A stretch of 44,620 nucleotides of DNA. It comes from Lama guanicoe (taxonomy: Eukaryota). The translations under genes were made by a program, and so were the position numbers. Below, one piece after another: positions 40,131-44,620 of this stretch (position 1 is the stretch's first letter; each line of letters opens with the position of its first letter). A model generated the notes under the pieces. It worked only from the letters and a program-made list of their open reading frames with translations. It was not told where the DNA came from and ran no database searches. Location: the NCBI GenBank assembly GCA_013239625.1, contig MU054085.1, positions 307,007 through 351,626 of the forward strand, written 5' to 3'.

Positions 40131-41292
40131 TTTGTTTCACGATAAAGAAATAAAATACGATTTTAGTGTACACTTAAAAAGACACTTTTTAAAACTGTGT
40201 GATACTAAAGTTTGTTTCTGTGTGAAATCAGTCTGTCACTTTACATTATTTTTATAAAAATACTGTAATATAGATTTTAGGCTATATCACTATGTCTAGA
40301 AAACATATGTGATACAATAACATAACAAACAAATTAGGATCCATCAATGAATGAATAAAATTTTAATTTTTTTCTCTAGTCAAAAATAATGTTTACATAC
40401 CTTCTTTAAGAGTGAACTTAAATAGACAACCACTTCCTTGTTTGCATGAAATTTTTAAAAGTCTGGTTGATTTTTTCCCCCACACTGTATCAACTGATTA
40501 CTTAGCTTTATTCTTTCGAGAAATGATGAATATTTTTCATTTTAAGTACATATAATTCCTAGTTAAAATTAAAATGTTCTGATTTTGAAAAAGATGGGGG
40601 AAAAGTCGTGTAAACAATATTCCTGAAGAGTGAAATAAAAATATCAGGGTATGGGTAGTCTTAACTTTTATCCTTACAGTCATAATACACACCAGATCAT
40701 TATAGTAAAATGTAAATGACAACAAAGTGAAATGTCAGTTTTAAAACCAAAGCAAAGGAAAAAGAAAAGAAGCAATAAAGCAACAGTTTATAAAATTACA
40801 AATAATTTTAAATAATGTTTAACTTGGAGTGAGAGTGCATCTATTTACTGCTAGAACATTACAAACTGAATTGCCCGAGGGCAGAGCGCCATTACCTCTC
40901 CTGGTTCTCTTCCATTGCTCACTATCTAGATTTTGATTTCATACTTGTCAAATTTTCTCTTTGTCAGCAGTACATGTTTTTGACAGTAGAGGGCAATTTA
41001 AATTTAGACAAAAACCAAGAAATCTCTGAATCTTCATTCAGAGATCTTTTGTTTGACTATAAAGAAATAAAGTACGATTTTACTGTATACTTACAAAGAC
41101 TTTTTAAAACTGTGATGCTAAAGTTTGTTTCTATTGTGTGAAATCAGTCTGTCACTTTACATTATTTTTATAAAAATAACGTGATGTAGATTTTAGGCTA
41201 TATCACTATGTCTAGAAAACATCTGTGATACAATAACATAACAAACAAGTTAGGATCAATCCATGAATGAATAAAACTTTAACTTTTTTCTC
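40131..41292. repeat. Dispersed direct repeat of ~245 bp (40131-40376 and 41047-41292)
   Basis: Shared blocks such as gtgtgaaatcagtctgtcactttacattatttttataaaaata and tagattttaggctatatcactatgtctagaaaacat, with scattered substitutions and indels (roughly 90% identical by eye). Confidence 0.95.
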
Positions 41293-41789
41293 CAAAGAGC
41301 CAATGAAGAACAAAACCCCATGTACATGATAAGTGATACATTGAAAACTACATCAAAATCCTAAAATTATACTAAAAATTGTCTAAATGAAATTGGCCAT
41401 ACAAAAATTCTATGTACTCAGCTCACCAAATAAGTATAAATATTTCATCCTTACTCTTTTTAAAGCTACTTGGAATGTAAGTTCGAAAGTAACTTTTCAT
41501 ACAATCTCACAAGCCATTTTATAAAAATTCCTTCGATTTCACATTGAAAAACAGTATTTAAGTGATGTGATAGTCAATTCTCATTTTAAGAAAATTCTTT
41601 TCAAAGTTTTGTAAAATGCTACATCATGTTGAAATATGAAAAAAAATCTCTTAGTGTTTTTCTAATACAAATGAGTACCTTGATCACATTCATTTATGTG
41701 ACAAATGTTATTTTGCTTGTAATTATTCCACTCCATTTCATATAACAAAAATAAAATGTAATGCATTTACTATAGTCCCCACTTCCCTT

Positions 41790-43069
41790 TGCAGCAGGAG
41801 CCAAGGCCAAGCATCCGCGCTGCTGGCGGGGGGAGGGGCGCGCATGCGCGAGGACATACAGATGCGCAGACGCGGGAATTGCCCAGAGCGTGTTGGACGG
41901 TCGCGCCTCCGAAGCCGAGTGCTCCTGGACCAGCTCCTGGAGGAGGAACGCGGTCTGGGGTCTGGGCCGCCGAGTGCCGTTGCCGGGCAGGTAAGGGGGC
42001 GCTCCTGTGGGCGCGCAGGTCGGGGAGCCGGCGGGTGAGGCGTGGGCTGTACCCTTGGGGAGGCGCACAGGGAGGGCTGCAGAGGTGAGGCCCGTGCCAC
42101 GCGGCCCCTTAGGACCCTGAGGCGGATTCCGGCCGCCGCCCTGGCTCGTGGTGCCCCACCCCCCCAGCCCCCACATTAGTAGTCCTTGAGCCCCGCGTCT
42201 TCGTTGCCGCTTATACCCATGTTTGGAAAAGCGGGTGCAGCCCCGGGATGTGGGAGGATGCTGGACGGCCCCGGAACACCTCTGACCAGCCCTCGGGTCA
42301 TGGCCTGCTCCCAGCAGGTGGGTGCGGTGCGCTCACGGGGCCGCCGCGGGGGGATGGTTGCTTCCCTGTGTGAGCCCCTGGGTTTGTTCCCTATTCCCCC
42401 GCTGCCTGGACTGGGGTGGCCGCTGCTCCCCTATGTTCGCGGGGTGCACGACTCGCGGCCAGCCTGCTTCTGGGAGGCGACGTGGTGCTGTCGGGGTGCG
42501 GGGGCGGCGGCAGCGACGGCAGCGGGGAGAGGGGTCTGCCCCTGGGAGCCTGTCGATTTGCTCCCATCTCCCCCGCGTCCTGTCCTGGGGGCGGCCTTTG
42601 CTGCCCCACATCCGCAGGTCACAGGTTACGGGTCAGTCTGCTCCCGGGAGGAGGGCATGGTGCAGTCAGTGTGCCGGGGTGGTGACAGTGACGGGGAAAT
42701 GCGATCAAATCCCCGTGCTCTCAAGGGGCAGCCCCAGTTCACCATCGCCACTGCAGCCTCCACTGACCACACCCTGCCCGCCTCCCGGGAGGAGGCTGAC
42801 AGGGGGAAGTGCGGTCCATGAAGCTGGAGCAGAAGAGGCCTCCCCCAGGCCAGGCCTTGGGGGTGATGGGAGCAACTTGATTGTCTTTAGCAGGGCCGCC
42901 CCTAGCCCCCACTGCTGCCGCTGCCTGCTGTCCATCCCCAGAATGTCCGGTTCACGGGCCATCAGCCACCCAGGGCCCACTGTTGAGCAGTGTGCAGCCC
43001 AGGACCACCCTGACCTGCTGGCTCAAATAAGGCCCTGGGTAGGCAGGGCGTCATGGTGGCAATTCAATT
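41790..43069 (+). promoter_or_regulatory. CpG-island promoter with a probable plus-strand first exon ending at 41990
   Basis: Sharp AT-to-GC/CpG transition. GC box gggggaggggcg (41829-41840), NRF1-type palindrome cgcgcatgcgcg (41839-41850), ETS-like cacttcc (41780-41786), donor CAG|gtaagg at 41990/41991. Confidence 0.85.
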
Positions 43070-43704
43070 NNNNNNNNNNNNNNNNNNNNNNNNNNNNNNN
43101 NNNNNNNNNNNNNNNNNNNNNNNNNNNNNNNNNNNNNNNNNNNNNNNNNNNNNNNNNNNNNNNNNNNNNNNNNNNNNNNNNNNNNNNNNNNNNNNNNNNN
43201 NNNNNNNNNNNNNNNNNNNNNNNNNNNNNNNNNNNNNNNNNNNNNNNNNNNNNNNNNNNNNNNNNNNNNNNNNNNNNNNNNNNNNNNNNNNNNNNNNNNN
43301 NNNNNNNNNNNNNNNNNNNNNNNNNNNNNNNNNNNNNNNNNNNNNNNNNNNNNNNNNNNNNNNNNNNNNNNNNNNNNNNNNNNNNNNNNNNNNNNNNNNN
43401 NNNNNNNNNNNNNNNNNNNNNNNNNNNNNNNNNNNNNNNNNNNNNNNNNNNNNNNNNNNNNNNNNNNNNNNNNNNNNNNNNNNNNNNNNNNNNNNNNNNN
43501 NNNNNNNNNNNNNNNNNNNNNNNNNNNNNNNNNNNNNNNNNNNNNNNNNNNNNNNNNNNNNNNNNNNNNNNNNNNNNNNNNNNNNNNNNNNNNNNNNNNN
43601 NNNNNNNNNNNNNNNNNNNNNNNNNNNNNNNNNNNNNNNNNNNNNNNNNNNNNNNNNNNNNNNNNNNNNNNNNNNNNNNNNNNNNNNNNNNNNNNNNNNN
43701 NNNN

Positions 43705-44620
43705 TGAAATTGGGAAGTGTGATCGTTCTTTTTCAAGATGGTTTAGTCTATTTTGTCTATTGTTTTTGTCTCTCTTGGCATTTCCATATATATTTTTAGG
43801 CTCACCTTGTCAATTTCTGCAAAAAAGTCATCTGAAATTTTTGGTAGGGATACTACAGATCAATTTGAGGAATCCTGCCTTATTAACAATAGTATGTTCA
43901 TGAACATCAGACATCTTTCCATTTATTCAGGCCCTCTTTAACTGTGTCCAATCATATTTTTGTAGTTTTAAGTATATGAGTCTTGCATTGTTAAATTTAT
44001 TATTCTCAGGTTNNNNNNNNNNNNNNNNNNNNNNNNNNNNNNNNNNNNNNNNNNNNNNNNNNNNNNNNNNNNNNNNNNNNNNNNNNNNNNNNNNNNNNNN
44101 NNNNNNNNNNNNNNNNNNNNNNNNNNNNNNNNNNNNNNNNNNNNNNNNNNNNNNNNNNNNNNNNNNNNNNNNNNNNNNNNNNNNNNNNNNNNNNNNNNNN
44201 NNNNNNNNNNNNNNNNNNNNNNNNNTTTATTTCTGTTTGTGTTTTATTTCTTTTTCTTGTTTAATTGCGCTGAGTAGAGACTGTAGTGCAATGTTGAATA
44301 GAAGTGGCAAGAGCAGACATCCTTGTTGTGTTTCTGACCTTAGGAGAAAAGCGTTTTGTTTTTCACCGTTAAGTATGATGCTAGCTGTGGGTTTTCCAGT
44401 TTATTAATATTTCTGGTTTGTTAATAAAAGGGTATTGGATTTTTTCCCAATGCTTTTTCTGCCTCTGTTGAGATGATCATGGTTTTTATCCATTATTCTA
44501 TTAATATGGTGTATTGCATTGATTGATGTTTCTGTGTTAACCCAAACTTGCACTCCTGGATAAATGCCACTTGGTCACATGCTGCTGAATTTGGTTTGCT
44601 AAATTTTTATTTTGTTGATA
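43705..44620 (-). mobile_element. L1 ORF2 fragment (old, interrupted by a gap)
   Basis: atgttgaatagaagtggcaagagcagacatccttg...tgaccttaggagaaaagc is antisense L1 RT sequence, homologous to ~2960-3360 in this window. Confidence 0.9.

Noticed and set aside
41694..42980. Multiple overlapping Gly/Arg/Pro-rich ORFs
   Set aside because: Expected stop-codon scarcity in a CpG island; no recognisable domain.

Overview
Mammalian (eutherian) genomic DNA from a gapped draft assembly with 8 N-runs. The L1 3' ends look laurasiatherian, and I see no carnivore, ruminant, pig or horse SINEs; a camelid source is a tentative guess. Left to right: (1) a full-length degenerate LINE-1 on the minus strand (~37-7564) with target-site duplication, carrying a nested CpG-rich solo-LTR-like insert and a nested L1 3' fragment; (2) an AT-rich block (7.6-32.5 kb) with a near-identical 2.29-kb tandem duplication, a NUDT21 processed pseudogene, a 5'-truncated PLCB3 processed pseudogene, and a chain of minus-strand micro-exon candidates plus a long 3'UTR-like tract from a gene I could not identify; (3) the last two exons only of an RDH11/12/13/14-type SDR gene with a premature stop; (4) old repeats (MIR, L2, MLT1E, HAL1); (5) a ~245-bp dispersed direct repeat; (6) a CpG-island promoter with an NRF1 palindrome and a plus-strand first-exon splice donor. 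No intact, nameable protein-coding gene is present, and I found no clear evidence of a novel biological system. The best leads are the unidentified micro-exon gene and the head-to-head junction of gene fragments near 32.6 kb.
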